Both the position numbers and the translations under genes were made by a program. The notes under the pieces are model-generated. The model worked only from the letters and a program-made list of their open reading frames with translations, ran no database searches and was not told the DNA's origin. A stretch of DNA of 63,732 bases, counting the filler, from Sluysia triapertura (taxonomy: Eukaryota), in assembly GCA_046118255.1 (NCBI GenBank). It is 5 parts of 5 records of this genome, joined end to end, with 100 filler letters (N's around TTAATTAATTAA, not from the genome) between each part and the next. Parts side by side here need not be neighbours in the genome. Positions count along the whole stretch, not along the records: positions 1 to 11,949 come from JBJNIA010153826.1; positions 12,050 to 25,844 come from JBJNIA010019518.1; 3 more parts are not named here. One strand, 5' to 3'. Positions 1-14,189 of the stretch are shown in pieces; within the stretch, counting starts at the first letter, position 1, and each line of letters starts with the position of its first letter.

Positions 1-952
1 AAATAAAATATTATGTTAGCTAATTAAAATTATTAAAAAAGTATTAAAATATTATAAATTTATTAATATTAAGAATGGTATTAAAATTATTATGTTAATA
101 TATTTTATTAAAATATTATGATAGAATATTATGTTTAACATGTTATTTAATTAATCAATACAGTAACCAAGCTACATTAAGAATATTTCCAAATGGAAAA
201 CCAAGTCAAATAATTGGTTCAATTTTTGTTTATAATTTATAATTTATACAAGACAATGACATAAAAAGATAAATTAAAAAAATAAAATAAAATATTAAAT
301 AAAATGAAATAAAAAATAAATTAAGACAAGCTATTTATTGTTTAATTTAGTTACGCTAGATAATTGAAAACTAATTTTCAAAAAACATTAAGAATTTAAA
401 ACTTATTTATTATTCTTAATTGTTTTTCCAATAAAATCGTTCTTTTTCTTTTAATTCGTCGTACAAATTATTAAATTTTCGAGTAAATTATAGTGTTTAC
501 TTTTATTTATGGATTTATTTGAAAACGTATTTGAAATTTTTACAAGAAAAACTTTGTCAATTCACAAAAACTACATTCATGAAAAATAAAAATGAAGAGA
601 AATGTTAAGTTTGGTTCATTTTTAAAAACATAAATATTTTTAAAATATTTAACACCTCAAGACAAATATGGATTTTCTTTTTTATATATATATATGAAAT
701 GTTTTTATTATAATATTAAAATTTTAATTAAAACTTATTTTACTATAATAAAATTCAATTAAATATTTAATTTTAATTCAAAAATGACATTTTATGAAAA
801 AATTATACAAAATATAAATTAATGTAAAATTAAATTAACTACATTACTATTAAAAAAAAGAAATATTTAATACAGTGTTTAATGTTATTATGCGAAGTAC
901 AAAGGTGCCTACTTGAAATTAACCTCAAAAGTGCATTAAATATATGAACTTA

Positions 953-953
<1 letters not shown>

Positions 954-1008
<55 letters not shown>
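954..1008. repeat. (ATT)n microsatellite
   Basis: Pure trinucleotide run, about 18 units. Confidence 0.95.
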
Positions 1009-1011
<3 letters not shown>

Positions 1012-2744
1012 AAAGTTATGTTGTCTATTAAATTGTCGTAAATAAAGTTTGTATGAGGTATTTTTCATTATCCGTAATAATTTATGTAAATCATAAAAAT
1101 TAATAGAAAATAGGCAATAATAATTTAGCAAATATTTTGCTATTGATATTGCCTCAAAAAATATTACGTCATAATGGTAATTGTGTTGTTTTTAAGGTAT
1201 AAATAAACAATTAATTAATTAAATCAAATCAAAATTGACATTGGATGACGAAACATTGTTATAAAGCAAGAACGTCAAAAATTTTAGAACAAAATTAATA
1301 TTTTATTTTCTATTATTTTATTACATTTTATAAAAATTATTGAAATTATGTCATCAAAAAATATTTACTTTTCAAAGTCATCGACATATAAATCTATTAA
1401 TATTTTAAAAGCTGAAGAAAATTGCAAATTTTAAAGATGAATCAAAGAAAAAGACAAACAATCTGAAAGTTATTTAAGTGTACAAAGATTAATAAATATA
1501 AAAATATTTAAATAAATCCACTTTTACTCAATACGTTCCAAAGAATTTTGGAATAATTCAATGTTTTCCACGAAAAGCTTGATTAACTATTTTAATACTT
1601 TAATAATAATAATAATAACAATAATTCTAAACAATATTATCATCGTTTTTATTTAAAAAATTGATCCATATTAGAATAAATGCTAAAAAAATATTTTCAT
1701 GATCAATTTTAGCAATAAAAAAACACAAATAATATTTTTCTTACTAAAAATTGCATGATTTGTTTACATTGATTTTTAAAATTATTATCGATTCAAAAGA
1801 AATAAATGAAATTTATTGCAAAATAAAAAATAAAAATTTTACATACCAATTTGTGATTTTACAAGATTTTCTTTATAGTTGGGAGTATACATATATGTCA
1901 AAATTTATATAACATTTATGTTATAAATTATTATTTTTTAACATTATTTTATGCTTAATAATAATAAAATTAATAATTTTTATATATAATCTTTTTATTT
2001 ATACAGTTTTTGTGTGAAATTGTTAAACCTTCTGAAGCTACAGAAATTAACATATTCGAGTCCGTTTTGTGCATCTAAATTGCCATTTTTACAGAATGAA
2101 AGATTAAGTTATTTTGAGTTATTTTGTGCAATCAAAATCATCGGAAAAGAAAATAAGCAAAACTTTGGTCTTTTGATTGATTGAAAAGCCAATCAAAGTA
2201 CTTGATAAAACTTTTCATTTTATTTTATTTTTCTTTTAATTGGAAGAAGTTATTTTGGCTAGATGAAATGAGAAGAACTTATTAAAAAAATTTCTGAATA
2301 ATTAATATAATAATTAAAAATAATTTCCATCTGATAATAATTTAATAAAGTCATTACAAAGTTTTGAATAGAACCAAAACAAGATATACATAAGAAATAA
2401 TAACATTTATGGAATTAAACTTTGACATATTTCCAAAATAATGTTTAACAACTCTTCACAAATGAATAGTGCCATTTTAGAAGTTCTTTTAAGATTTTGT
2501 GACACTTCTTTTTTTATTTAAGCATATTTAATAGGTTGATATCGATTTATTCAGAAAAATGTATATTGAACAATAATATTTTTATTATTGTGATTATTTC
2601 CGATAGGTTTTATTTGAAATTTTTATATTTATATTATGAATATTTCGTATTACAAATGTGATATTTTAAAAATATATTTTTTATTTATTACAATAATACT
2701 ACATATAAATTTGGATTACTAATGCATTAGTAATTAATAGTATT

Positions 2745-2746
<2 letters not shown>

Positions 2747-2799
<53 letters not shown>
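2747..2799. repeat. (AAT)n microsatellite
   Basis: Pure trinucleotide run. Confidence 0.95.
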
Positions 2800-2801
<2 letters not shown>

Positions 2802-4140
2802 CAAAGTTAGATAATTCAAATTCAATATGTTTATTATTGATGTAATAGGTATTCTTTTTATTTTGTCTACAATATTTGAAATTTCTTTAAAACTTCGTAA
2901 TTTCTTTTTTATCTATATTATCTTTTGTTTATGGAAGATTGTTTCATTTCCATGTCGATTATATTAATTACTTATATAATATGTGTACGTGTCATTGTTA
3001 ATAATAATAATAATAATTATTATTATTATAAGATTATATGTTTAATAAAACAAATGTTTTAATTGATTAAAAATTAAAACAAAAATGCGAATTTATTCTT
3101 ACATTATATTGCTAATATAAACATTTGATGAAGCAACATTTGATAAATTTTAAATAAAAAGTAATTTAAATAATAAAATTTTAATAAATAAAATTTATGA
3201 AGTTATTTCTACAAAATGTTGCAAGATATTAGAAAGTTTAAAAAATAGATGCAAATTTATTTAAGTATTCATTTTAGAAACCATGATACGTGAAATGAGA
3301 AAACGATATTGTACAATATTGGCATTATAAAAGAATTATGTGTAAAGCAATTATTTTTTATGTTAAATTCTAATAGACTAAGTGTACTTCATTTCCAGAC
3401 GCCCTTGAATTATCTTAATGGATAAATGTGAAAAATGATTTTAATAAAAATGTTTTAATATAAAATGATACAGACGAAAATAATTCTTGTTATATATCGA
3501 TGACTAAAAATGACGATAGTGTTATAAAATAATATTTTTTTAAAGTGTCAAACTGACAAAATTGATTAACCTTTTCACAACGGAAAGAAATTTCTCAATT
3601 GAGAAGCAAAAATTTGGAAAAAAGAAAAATTTAAAAGTTTAATTTTTTAACTTTTTTTTAATTTTGTCTTAGAAATTTCGTAATAGAATTGCCGAATAAT
3701 ATGTATGTGTATCTAAGAATATGCATCCATTAAAAGTCATAAATAACATTTTTAATATTTGGTTAATATTTCAATTCTTCTACTGCTTGTTTAATTGTCT
3801 TTCTGAATTATTTCTCAAATTTTCTTATTTACTTTATTTTAGGATTATCTTATTTCTATTTTCTTTTTATTTATCCAATAATAGGTATTATACAGATTAT
3901 TTAGTTTTGTAGCGATTGAAAATTTACATTGTCAGTCTTTATTATGTCATATCTGTCAGTCATCATAACAAACCAATAGTAGGTTGAATTTATATTGGAC
4001 CTTGGCATACATTATTGAACGATAATTCATTGCACTTTTTAAGTCATATAAAGCAGTGTTTGTTGATATTTAATTTTAATTTATATTTATATTTGATTTT
4101 TACTGAATTGTTTTATAAGGAATACTCTAAAATACGTAAA

Positions 4141-4143
4141 ATG

Positions 4144-4188
<45 letters not shown>

Positions 4189-4547
4189 GTAAGAGCAATA
4201 ATAATAGTAGTAGTGATAATAATAACAACATTAATAAGATTAATAACAGTAGTAGTAGTACTGATGATGATATTAATAATAATTAAAATAGTTATAACAA
4301 TAACAATGAGAGTAACAATAATAGTAGTGGTGATAATAATAATAACAATTACAGTAATAATAGTAGTAATAATAATAAGATTAATAATAATAGTAGCACT
4401 ACTAATAATATTAATGAAAATTGTAAAAAAATAAAAGAAATAATAATAGTAATAATAATAGAAATAATAATATTATTATTAGTAACAATAATAAGAATAA
4501 TAATAATATTAATGATTGTAGTAGTAATAATAGGAATAATAGTGCTA
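4141..4547. repeat. Degenerate (AAT/AGT/AAC)n simple repeat
   Basis: Trinucleotide-periodic low-complexity tract running into an N gap. It produces the poly-Ile ORF 4015..4434. Confidence 0.9.
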
Positions 4548-4691
4548 NNNNNNNNNNNNNNNNNNNNNNNNNNNNNNNNNNNNNNNNNNNNNNNNNNNNN
4601 NNNNNNNNNNNNNNNNNNNNNNNNNNNNNNNNNNNNNNNNNNNNNNNNNNNNNNNNNNNNNNNNNNNNNNNNNNNNNNNNNNNNNNNNNNN
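4548..4691. other. Assembly gap (144 N)
   Basis: Run of N without a linker. Confidence 0.99.
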
Positions 4692-5763
4692 TGTTCATTA
4701 TTTATTTTTTCTTATTAATTATTTAAACAAAATTCATTAAATAATATAACCATGACATAAATATATATATCAGTACATATAGTCAGATATTTTTCAATGC
4801 TTACAATTATAAGTAATAGTAATAAAAATAAAATTTCAAAAAATAATAATAAATTTAAATATTTAATTTTACGATCGTTTTATTTAACTATTGTATGATT
4901 ATTTTATTTATTTTTAAATACAATTTGATTGGCTTGTTTTCAGTAATAACTTGACAATAAAAATTCACTTTTATTATTATTATTATAATGTATATGTACA
5001 CATTGTAAATATATGGAAATATTCAAAATCTAATCAACAAATATATTAATTATGTATTTAATTAGATATTTTATTTGTCCTTTTAATCCATCTTGTTCAA
5101 TGATACATCTTTGTACTCATTAAGTGTATGGTTAAAATCACAATTTTTTCAATACCATGTTAGAATCTAACTTAAACAAATCTAACTTTATAAAATGGGA
5201 TTTCTATATCAATGAATGATAAATTATAATTATTTTCCAAATAAATATTGACAAATATTCAATTTATTATTAAAACTAGTCTATTATTTTAAATGTCGCA
5301 CTATATATATTTTTTGTTTTAATTGTTGTTTTTTAATTACATTGAATTTTTTAAAATTTCAAAATTTTATTAATTCAAAATCCAGTTATACATTGATTTA
5401 AATTCGAATTTTTAAATTTTTTTGAAAATAAATCAAACATTATAATGAAATCATTTATTATTTTATTATAGTAATTGAAAATGTCAAATTTATCCAATAG
5501 TATTTCATCAAACGAATAAATATGTAAAGTTTTTCTTCAATTAGTGGAAATATTTTTCACCAATTAATAAATTATTTTCACAAAAGTGAAATTGGCATAG
5601 TGAAAAAAACTATTCTGACAGTTGATGATGATTCAGAAGTCTGTCTTAAACAACTAATGACAGTTTTTGTCATCAAATTATTAAATTATTAAAACGTTTA
5701 ATATTTTCCATTTTTGTTTAAGTAAAATTGTGATAAACAACGCTTGTTAAAAATTTCACTTAC

Positions 5764-6290
5764 GTGTTCAGTTATGTTGTAACCTCGTAGGTAATTCCGT
5801 GGTTCAGATAAATTAATATTGTAACACTGAACAAGACGCAAAGTCATGATTCTCAGAAGGTAAAAAAATAGAAAAAATGTATTAATTATTAAATCTTAAA
5901 ATCTTCGCCTGAAGGTAGTGTAAATTAATTATTTCAAAACCAAATGTGTCCTTTATTATTTTGCAGAAAGAATGTCGTTTGTTATCATTGACCAGAGTAA
6001 GGTTTGCTGGAATAACCGGAGCTGACGGATTTCCGGGTACCGGGAAAAAAACATGATTCATAAAACTCCGATAAGACATATTCAGCAATTTGTTTATTAC
6101 CAATTTATCGAATTCAAAAGTCCTAAGAATACTAATGTTACCTTACACCTGATGATTTTGCCAAGATGTTGAGATAATGGTGAATATTTAAGATAGTTTT
6201 TCTTACGAATATCTGAATAAGTCTGGATTTTATCAAATGGTGTTTTAACATCTACAAAATAAGTAGGATTGATATTAGATTTGATTCTGA
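5764..6290 (-). CDS. Putative exons of an unknown, possibly decayed, spliced gene
   Basis: ORFs 6097..6447 and 5882..6103 join in frame via a 26-nt GT-AG intron (6123-6148), giving ...SQHLGKIIRTFEFDKLVINKLLNMSYRSFMNHVFFPVPGNPSAP.... A further open segment (IMTLRLVQCYNINLSEPRNYLRGYNITEH) ends at a GTAAGT donor at 5763. No family recognised. Confidence 0.3.
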
Positions 6291-7877
6291 CCTCAAAATG
6301 TTGTATAAAGTTTAGAAAAAATAACTTTGAAAACCTTATTAGAAATGATTTTAAAAAAGATTGTATAGAAAGTTGATTGCAATTCAAGGACAATTTGGAT
6401 TTGACAAATGATAAAAGTATAACGTAAATCTGTCGAATTCTATTCAAAAAGAAATTTTAAAATCTTAAAATGTAAACTTTAATAAATCGAAAGAGAATAA
6501 AATAGAAAGTAATACCAAAAGAAAATTTTACAATTAAAACCTTCTTGGGGCTTTAATTTTATAATAATAGAATATTTTAAAAATGAGTTCATTCCTCAGT
6601 AACTAGGGGATTACAAAATAAAATTTCTAAGATGAATTTATTTAATCTGCTTCTGAATTGATGATGCATCCAAAAGATGATGATAATTTATCGAACAAAG
6701 GTGTCTATTGAATGATTGTATGATACGTTATTAAATTGTAAAATGAAATTATACTTCTACTAATATATATTCTAGAATTTTTGATATTTTTCGAAAGCAG
6801 TATTTTCTTTTTTGAAAATTATTTTCCTTTAATTGCTTTTTTGTTTTAAATTTAGTGATTTTAAAGGGTCTTAAAGCAATTTCTGTAATTTTATCAATGT
6901 AATTAAAAAATTTGTTCAAAAAAGATATAGTGTTTTAACAAAAACTAAAATAATTTGAAAACGTTGGATTACTTATTATATTGGTATCTTATCTTACAGC
7001 TTATTTAATCCTGCATAAATTTATTTTATATAAATAAGTGAAATAAACATTCTAATCGATTTTTAAATAAGAAATTATGTATATTATCTACTTTTATTAT
7101 GAAATTAGTTTAAATTCTACTAAAAGAATAAAATGTAATTAAATATTTCATTCTTATTTTGTTTATTTATGCCTATGTTGTATAAAATATCAAGTTTCTA
7201 CTTTAACCATTTAACCTTGAAGAACATATTACACAACACTGACATCTAAAACAGAACTTGAGCCGATTTGTTTCAAACATAGTTTGATGTTTTCCGTTGT
7301 ATAATTTGTGAAAATATTTCACCTGTCAAGAAAATCCTCTCATTGCTTAGTTTAATATAAGAAAAATCGGACTCGATTATTAAAAGCTTTTTTAATATTT
7401 ATTTGCATCTCTGATTGATTTTATATTTTGTTATTATTGACTTAGGTTTTCGGTAATTGGATTTTATTTATACTAAAACAACAACAAATGTTATTTTACA
7501 CATATTTTGTGTATTACTTTTAATTTATAAATAGATTATTTTCTTTATATGTTTTACTATTTAATCGTTTTTGCAATTAGAAATTGTTTGTGATTGTATT
7601 TGCATTTTAATAAGTTATAGTATTATTAATACAATATTGTTTAATTTTTCTATCTTTCTCTATCTTTGTGAATTATGTTAATTTTATTTCTTTTATTACT
7701 TTTGTTTGTATATTTCTTTGTTTTAATTGGTTTTAGAGATTATTTAAGGTCACTGAGATAAATATTTTACTTTTTATTAATATTAATATTATTATATTAA
7801 AACTGAAACCTTTATTTATTTATTAAATATATTGTAGAAATTTTACAATAAGAGATGTATTTTCTTTTTATTAAAGA

Positions 7878-7943
7878 AAAAAAGCAAAATCTATAAAAAA
7901 GCAAAATCTATAAAAAAGCAAAATCTATAAAAAAGCAAAATCT
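7878..7943. repeat. 17-bp tandem repeat AAAAAAGCAAAATCTAT, about 3.9 copies
   Basis: Exact direct repeats visible. Confidence 0.9.
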
Positions 7944-10054
7944 TGTCAACGTCAGAATCATCACTTCACATGTCATCTAAATTAAATATACTACTTTTGA
8001 TAATTAATTGAATATTTATTAATATTTCTCTTTTTTAACTTTAAATATTCTACAGTAACGTTAGTTTTACGAACATTTGCTTTATAAATCAAATTAATTG
8101 TCCTGAAGATTAATCCTTAACTTGTCTCTGATAGTATAAATGGTTAGTTTTAATTTAATTAGATCTATATTAACAATGAAAGATGTTAAAGAAGTTCGGT
8201 TTTCGAATTTCGTTATAATATACTTAATATAAAATTCAGTTTCGATAATTCAATGGATAATGGTCCAATAAGTGATAGTAGTAAATATTCCATAATAGTT
8301 CAGATATTTATCAATCATAGAATTGATTTTCTAAAGGTGTAGTTTGTTAATAATTATATGTACATAGATTTTCTAAATTAGTTATATAGTTATTACGTGT
8401 GGTTTCTTAATCAATAATTATATGATTTGATTTAATAATTCTATTGGTATTATTATTGTTATTATTATTATCGGTATTATTATTTAATTGAAATTTAAAA
8501 TTTAATTAATTCTTTTCTTTTAATTTTCTAAATGCAAGTCAAGGTCACACAATAAAAAATAAATATAAGTCGACACAACATTAAAACACAATATTAAACA
8601 CAAGCTATTTGGTTTTATTGACATAACAATGTTAACTTGGATCCAATTGATTTTCACGAGTTTATTCCGGCTACGCAGTTCTTCTAATCTAGTTTCAACA
8701 ATTGTTCCTGTTCACCAGCACTTTAAAGAGATCGTTAGTTTGATTAACTTAAGTTATTCTATTTTACTAGATAGTAAAATTCACTTAAATTACTTTTATT
8801 AAAATTTTTGACAACCCTTTTTAAGAGGAGTGAAAACATTTCATAAATTCAATCCTGAAAGACTATATACTAATCTTGCTTAAACTTTTATTTGGTTATT
8901 ATACGTTTGCAAAATTATTATACACTTGTAAATTTATTTTTCTTAATTTCTATAATATATTTCCTTAATTTCATTAATCTTTATTTGATTTTAATCGGAC
9001 GAAAAATACAGGAAAATTATAACTAAAAGTAATTTGTAATTAAGGTCCACCGTTTTTGATATACGGTTGAAAATTATTACTCAAAATAACATTTTTGATT
9101 TGAATTTTAGAGTCATTTATAATTGGACATAATAAAGTTTTTTGAATTGTGATTTGAGTATTATTTGTAATTTAATATAATATTTGATAAACATTTAAAA
9201 AGACTAAAATTTACATTGCACAAGCCACGATAAACCTTACCCAAAATATATAATTGTTCCAAAATAAACCTATTTGTACCTTCAAATAAGTTCTAAAATA
9301 TTGCTTACAACTTAGCCCTTAAGTGAGTAAGTATAAGACTGTAAGGGACTCCAGCATAAAACAATAAAATTAGCATTAGCTTCATAACATTATATCTTTA
9401 TTTATTTACAAAGTATTTTGTACTGATATTACATTACGTCAAATTAATTTTTTTAGCATCATTCTACATATATTTGGTAGAATTATTACATATTTAAGTT
9501 TTCGCTACAATTAATTACTTAAGCAGATGACTAATGTTTTCCTTAATATTATTGAATTTTCTTCTACAATAATGGTTTCGTCATGTTATAATTCGCATGT
9601 GCATGTCCATTGTTTGTTGACTTGCTGGTATCACTTTTTTCATTTCCAGAATTATACTTTTATTTTCTTTCGTTAACTGTTTTATTTTTAATATCTCTTC
9701 TTTATAAAGTTTATAATCTATATAAATAATTTTATTTATTATTATCTAACTATACAGAATGGGAATTTTATAAAACGGTTATTTTCTTATTCTTCTAATA
9801 ATATAAGGGTATATCAAAAACCCCACAGATGAAATGAATAATTACAATGTATATTATATAAATTACATCATCATCATCATCATTTTTATAACAGAAGTAA
9901 TAACATCAGTAATAATAACAAAAACAACAGCAATAATGACAATAATAATATTAAAATACAAATATATTTGGTAATTGATTTAAGTGTATTTGAATATGCA
10001 TATTCGAAGTTTAATGAAAACTACAACCATATTTTGTGTTATTATATCGGCACT

Positions 10055-10202
10055 AAAATTCCGTGGTTTTTACTGATACTTAAAGCTCAACCTACGGCAA
10101 TAGAGAAAATTGAGCAGGGTTCGTTACAGTAAGCGTCTTACGTCGTCAAGAGGTCACTTCGGTAACAATATAAGTTAAGTAATTTAAATATGAGAGGGTC
10201 AA
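10055..10202 (-). repeat. Dispersed repeat, inverted homologue of 28520-28675 (probably LTR or leader of a retroelement)
   Basis: Shared blocks in the same order on opposite strands: GACCCTCT, TTACTGTAAC..ACCC.GCTCAA, TTGCCGTAGGTT, AACCAC.GAA. Confidence 0.6.
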
Positions 10203-11949
10203 AAACTGTTATAGTACAAAACTCAAGTTATTGTGCAATAAATAAAACTTCAAAACGTTTAATTAAAATTTTATTGCAATAATCAAAAAGCAAGTTAAAC
10301 AGCTTAGATTAATGGTAAAGTAAAGTTATAAAGAAAGAGAAATGGAAGTTAAGAATTTTATTTTATAGTTAAAACTATTGTTCTGTATTTAACTATTTTA
10401 ATTATATTTTGCCCCTCAATATATCGGGGAAACCTTAAACTTTACTGAATAGAATATTATTTTACGTATATTTTAAGATATTAACTTTCTTAAATAAAGA
10501 TAAATATTAAAACCTTTTTTTATTTTTATAAAACAAAAATATGTTTTAAATCTTTAGATTTATAATGATTTTACTATGTTTGACTTTTATCATTTCTGAT
10601 ATTAATAACGTAAATTATAAGGGTAAAACTTTAATGATTTTAGTGTTTGTGTTCTTATTTAGTTTTACTATACTCTGTTTATAGATTTAATTTATTAAAA
10701 TTTAATTTAATTTTAATACATGGTACGATCTCATTATTTTAGTGGTTGTGTTTTATTTAAAAGAAAATAAAGTTTGAAAATGTGTTCCAAAAATTGGACA
10801 TTGGCGAATAATGCATGTAAATAGATCAGCAAAATCAAATTGATGGTCTACAATGATGATAAAAACATTATTAATTTAATTTTTTGAAGTTTTGTTAACA
10901 TTGGAATTTTTTATAATTTTATGGCACTTAATATTAAAAATAATAATAAAATATATTCAAATAAATAAATAAATAAATCTTCCATGTAAAATATAAAAAG
11001 TAAGTAATATGTCAAAAAATCTTTTTAAAAATAGTCTTTTAAATATTCATAATTTATTTCAGAGAAAATAGTTTAAAAAATTATTTAAAAATGATAGAAA
11101 ATGAATTTAAAAAATATTTTATAATAATGTTTAAAAATGAAAAATAAATTAGTTATTTTAAATTTATTGATTAATACGATAACAGTATTGCAAAGATGTA
11201 TGAAAATTAATTTATTCATATTTGATGGAAAATGAGATAGAGAAAAAATTCAAACTCGAAGACTAATATCTGGATGTATGATTATAATACAATCATAGTT
11301 ATAATTAATGACAAAATACCTAATACAAAATTACTTACTGGATGTAGAAAATGAATGGAAAGACTTGAACAAAACGCTTTTATATATGCTTTTACAAAAG
11401 AAAATATTTGTAATCATTCTTTATAATAGATTTTTGCTTTTTTTTGCTACTAATTTGAAATGATACTGTCAGATTAATTTCAAATAATAATGATTTTGGA
11501 TTTGTTTTCCAATTGTTGTATTTATTAAGAAACATGAAATATTTTGTAACTTATATTGTAATTTCATGATTAATGTTTACATATGGGAAATTTGTTTTCA
11601 ATATTACTATTAGTAATTTAGTTTTCGCTTTATGATAAATTTCATTAACAAATTGTTTTATTAAAATATTGAAAATACTATCAATAATGTTTTTTATTTA
11701 TATAAATAATAATAATAATAATGATAAATTTACTATTTCATTTTTTGACAATAAGATTGTGTTTTCTAATTGTGTTTTCAATTAAATTCAATCTGTGTTC
11801 TTCTTTTACATTTTAATCTGCTTTTTCATTGCCTAATTGCTTAACATAAAAGGATACCTAGTCCATACTGCATTTGATCATTTTGTATTCCAATTTTTTA
11901 TTTGTTTTTAACTTTATTTCATTATTTTTACAAAAACTTAAGAACTTTT

Positions 11950-12049
11950 NNNNNNNNNNNNNNNNNNNNNNNNNNNNNNNNNNNNNNNNNNNNTTAATTA
12001 ATTAANNNNNNNNNNNNNNNNNNNNNNNNNNNNNNNNNNNNNNNNNNNN
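11950..12049. other. Artificial contig linker N44-TTAATTAATTAA-N44
   Basis: The same 100-nt structure occurs four times; the 12-mer has stops in all six frames. Confidence 0.97.
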
Positions 12050-12064
12050 GATAGTTCATGATAA

Positions 12065-12820
12065 TTAGATGTGATGGTCGTGTTTGTTTTTAAATGAGTT
12101 TAGTAGTTTGTTTAATAGTTTGTGTATATGTGACGTGTTTTTGTGTGATGTAGTGCGATGGATTTTATGTGATGAATTCCCTACAGGGTTTTTATTTAAA
12201 TCTACTATATATTTATTTTTATTAATATCTATATATTTATTTTTATTTTCCTTATAATTATCTCCCATTAATTCTCTTAATAATAACCGTGGGTTTCTTC
12301 CTATATCAACATCATTTTCATCATTTATTAGTTCATCTAATTTTCTTAAATCATTTGAATTTATTTCAAATCACATTATTTTTATTATGAATTTTGAATA
12401 GTATTAAGTCAGTTACCCGTCGTCTTTTATGTTTTATATAGGTAAGGAAACAATCTGCCAAATTAATCAAAAAACAATATAAGAAATTTTGATCAAATTA
12501 GTTAATTAAAGTATAAAAATTTGTCATTAAAAGAAGAGACTTACTAAAATGTTTAGATGACATGTGACGAAATTGTATATTTATAATTAATGCTAACTTA
12601 GGGCTCAGACGTCTGTGTTAAAGACTATAATCAAAACTTTGAATATTCAGATGTTGGATATGCGAGACGTTATTTTATTACATAGACATATAACTACCAG
12701 AATTTTACTGATTAGATCATGATATTGCTAGTTATTTTATTCTTCCTTACTATCTGCAAAATAAATAATCGTTAAAGGTCCACCTCAGTATACGATTTGT
12801 TGAGAGGGTCAATATACCTT
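12065..12820 (-). mobile_element. Ty3/gypsy-like gag remnant with leader
   Basis: Minus strand reads LRKLDELINDENDVDIGRNPRLLLRELM, resembling the gypsy gag motif RL..LL....LGD.KPS.LL..M. The upstream GACCCTCTC...ACTGAGGTGGAC resembles the sequence upstream of the gag at 46020-46650. Confidence 0.35.
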
Positions 12821-14189
12821 TTTTCATTGATGTTACTCTTTGTGAATAACTGATTCTATTAGTTAAATCTTTAGAATTCTTTATTTTCTTTTATAATCTT
12901 TGACTTAAGTTTCACCCGATTTTATAACGAAAACAAAATCAATAAAAAATTTAAGATATGTTATATAACAATTATAAAAATTATTATAGAAGATTTAGAA
13001 TAAAAATATGGTTTAATATAAAAAAATTTAATATATTATATTAATATAATGCACAAATTTTATTCTTATTTTAAATCTAGCAGTAAACTAGATACAGCAA
13101 TTACAGAAATTAACGTCTACTTTAAATCTTCACGTAAGTAAGATGAAAATACTATGAAATAAGCATTTCTACTTTTTCTATGTGGTGGCCAACATCTTCA
13201 AATAAAATTTTAATACTTCACACAACAACCAAAACACTCATTACATCATAAATCATTAGATTAGTATCTATAATTCAAAAGCAACAGTAAATTAAATGGT
13301 ATTTCTTTTAATATCTTCAACATTACTTCACAATGTATAATTTTATATAAAACTTTTATTCTGTTCAATATATTTAATTATAAAAATATCAATATTATGG
13401 TATTTATTACATGATCTAGATCAAGATAATAAACGAATTGAAACCGAAGGTATTACTTTCTTATGATATATTCCTTATACTAATCATTAAAAGTATACAT
13501 TTTGAGTTGTAGTTAATCTAAACTTTCATTCATGCGTGATTTTATATTTAAAATGGAACAATTTGATAATGAATCAAAAACTAAAAAGTAATAAACATGA
13601 AGAAAAAGGAGCTGCAGTTTTAGAAAAAGTTACCGGTTTTCACTAAGAAGCATAATTAGGATCAAATGCATATACCGCATTTCAATAATAATTCAAAATT
13701 TAAATAAACTAAAACAGTCCGAACAAATTCCTAATATTAAAATGAAATCAGAAGACGGAAAATTCTCAATATCATCATAATTAATTATTATTATCATTAT
13801 TATTTTAATTATTATCATTGCTATTAATTATTATAACTGTCAATTTTGACAGTTTTTAATTATTTAGTAGTTAATTTTCTGTCAACATCTGACAACCTTT
13901 TTTAATAAAATTTTATATAAAAATTGTGTAGCAACAAAACATTTGCTTTAATTGGTCGGATAAAATTAACAAAATTGATTTTTCATTGGAAATTTATGTA
14001 GTAACTGTTTATTAAATTTAATTGGTCATTTAAAATTTACAAAAGTGATTTTTAATTTATTTTCCTACACAATTTAGACAGAATTTCTCATCACTAAAAT
14101 TGACAATCTCAAAAAATCATGTTTAGTGCAATACTATTTTATAACAAGGCTCATAACCTCCTTAAAGATTTTAAAATAAATTAAAACCA

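Noticed and set aside
2165-2215. hAT dimerisation-domain-like LLID*KANQST
   Set aside because: Too short and degenerate, with no other transposase motifs nearby.
4015-4718. Poly-Ile/Leu ORFs (also 63338..63637 and the poly-Tyr start of 22985..23464)
   Set aside because: Translations of trinucleotide simple repeats and N gaps.
5960-6100. Plexin cytoplasmic-domain-like YRSFMNHVFFP
   Set aside because: The similarity is limited to one short word; flanking sequence does not fit.
11994-12005. Palindromic TTAATTAATTAA recurring four times
   Set aside because: It is always centred in exactly 44 N on each side. This is an artificial six-frame-stop contig linker, so gene order across these points is meaningless.
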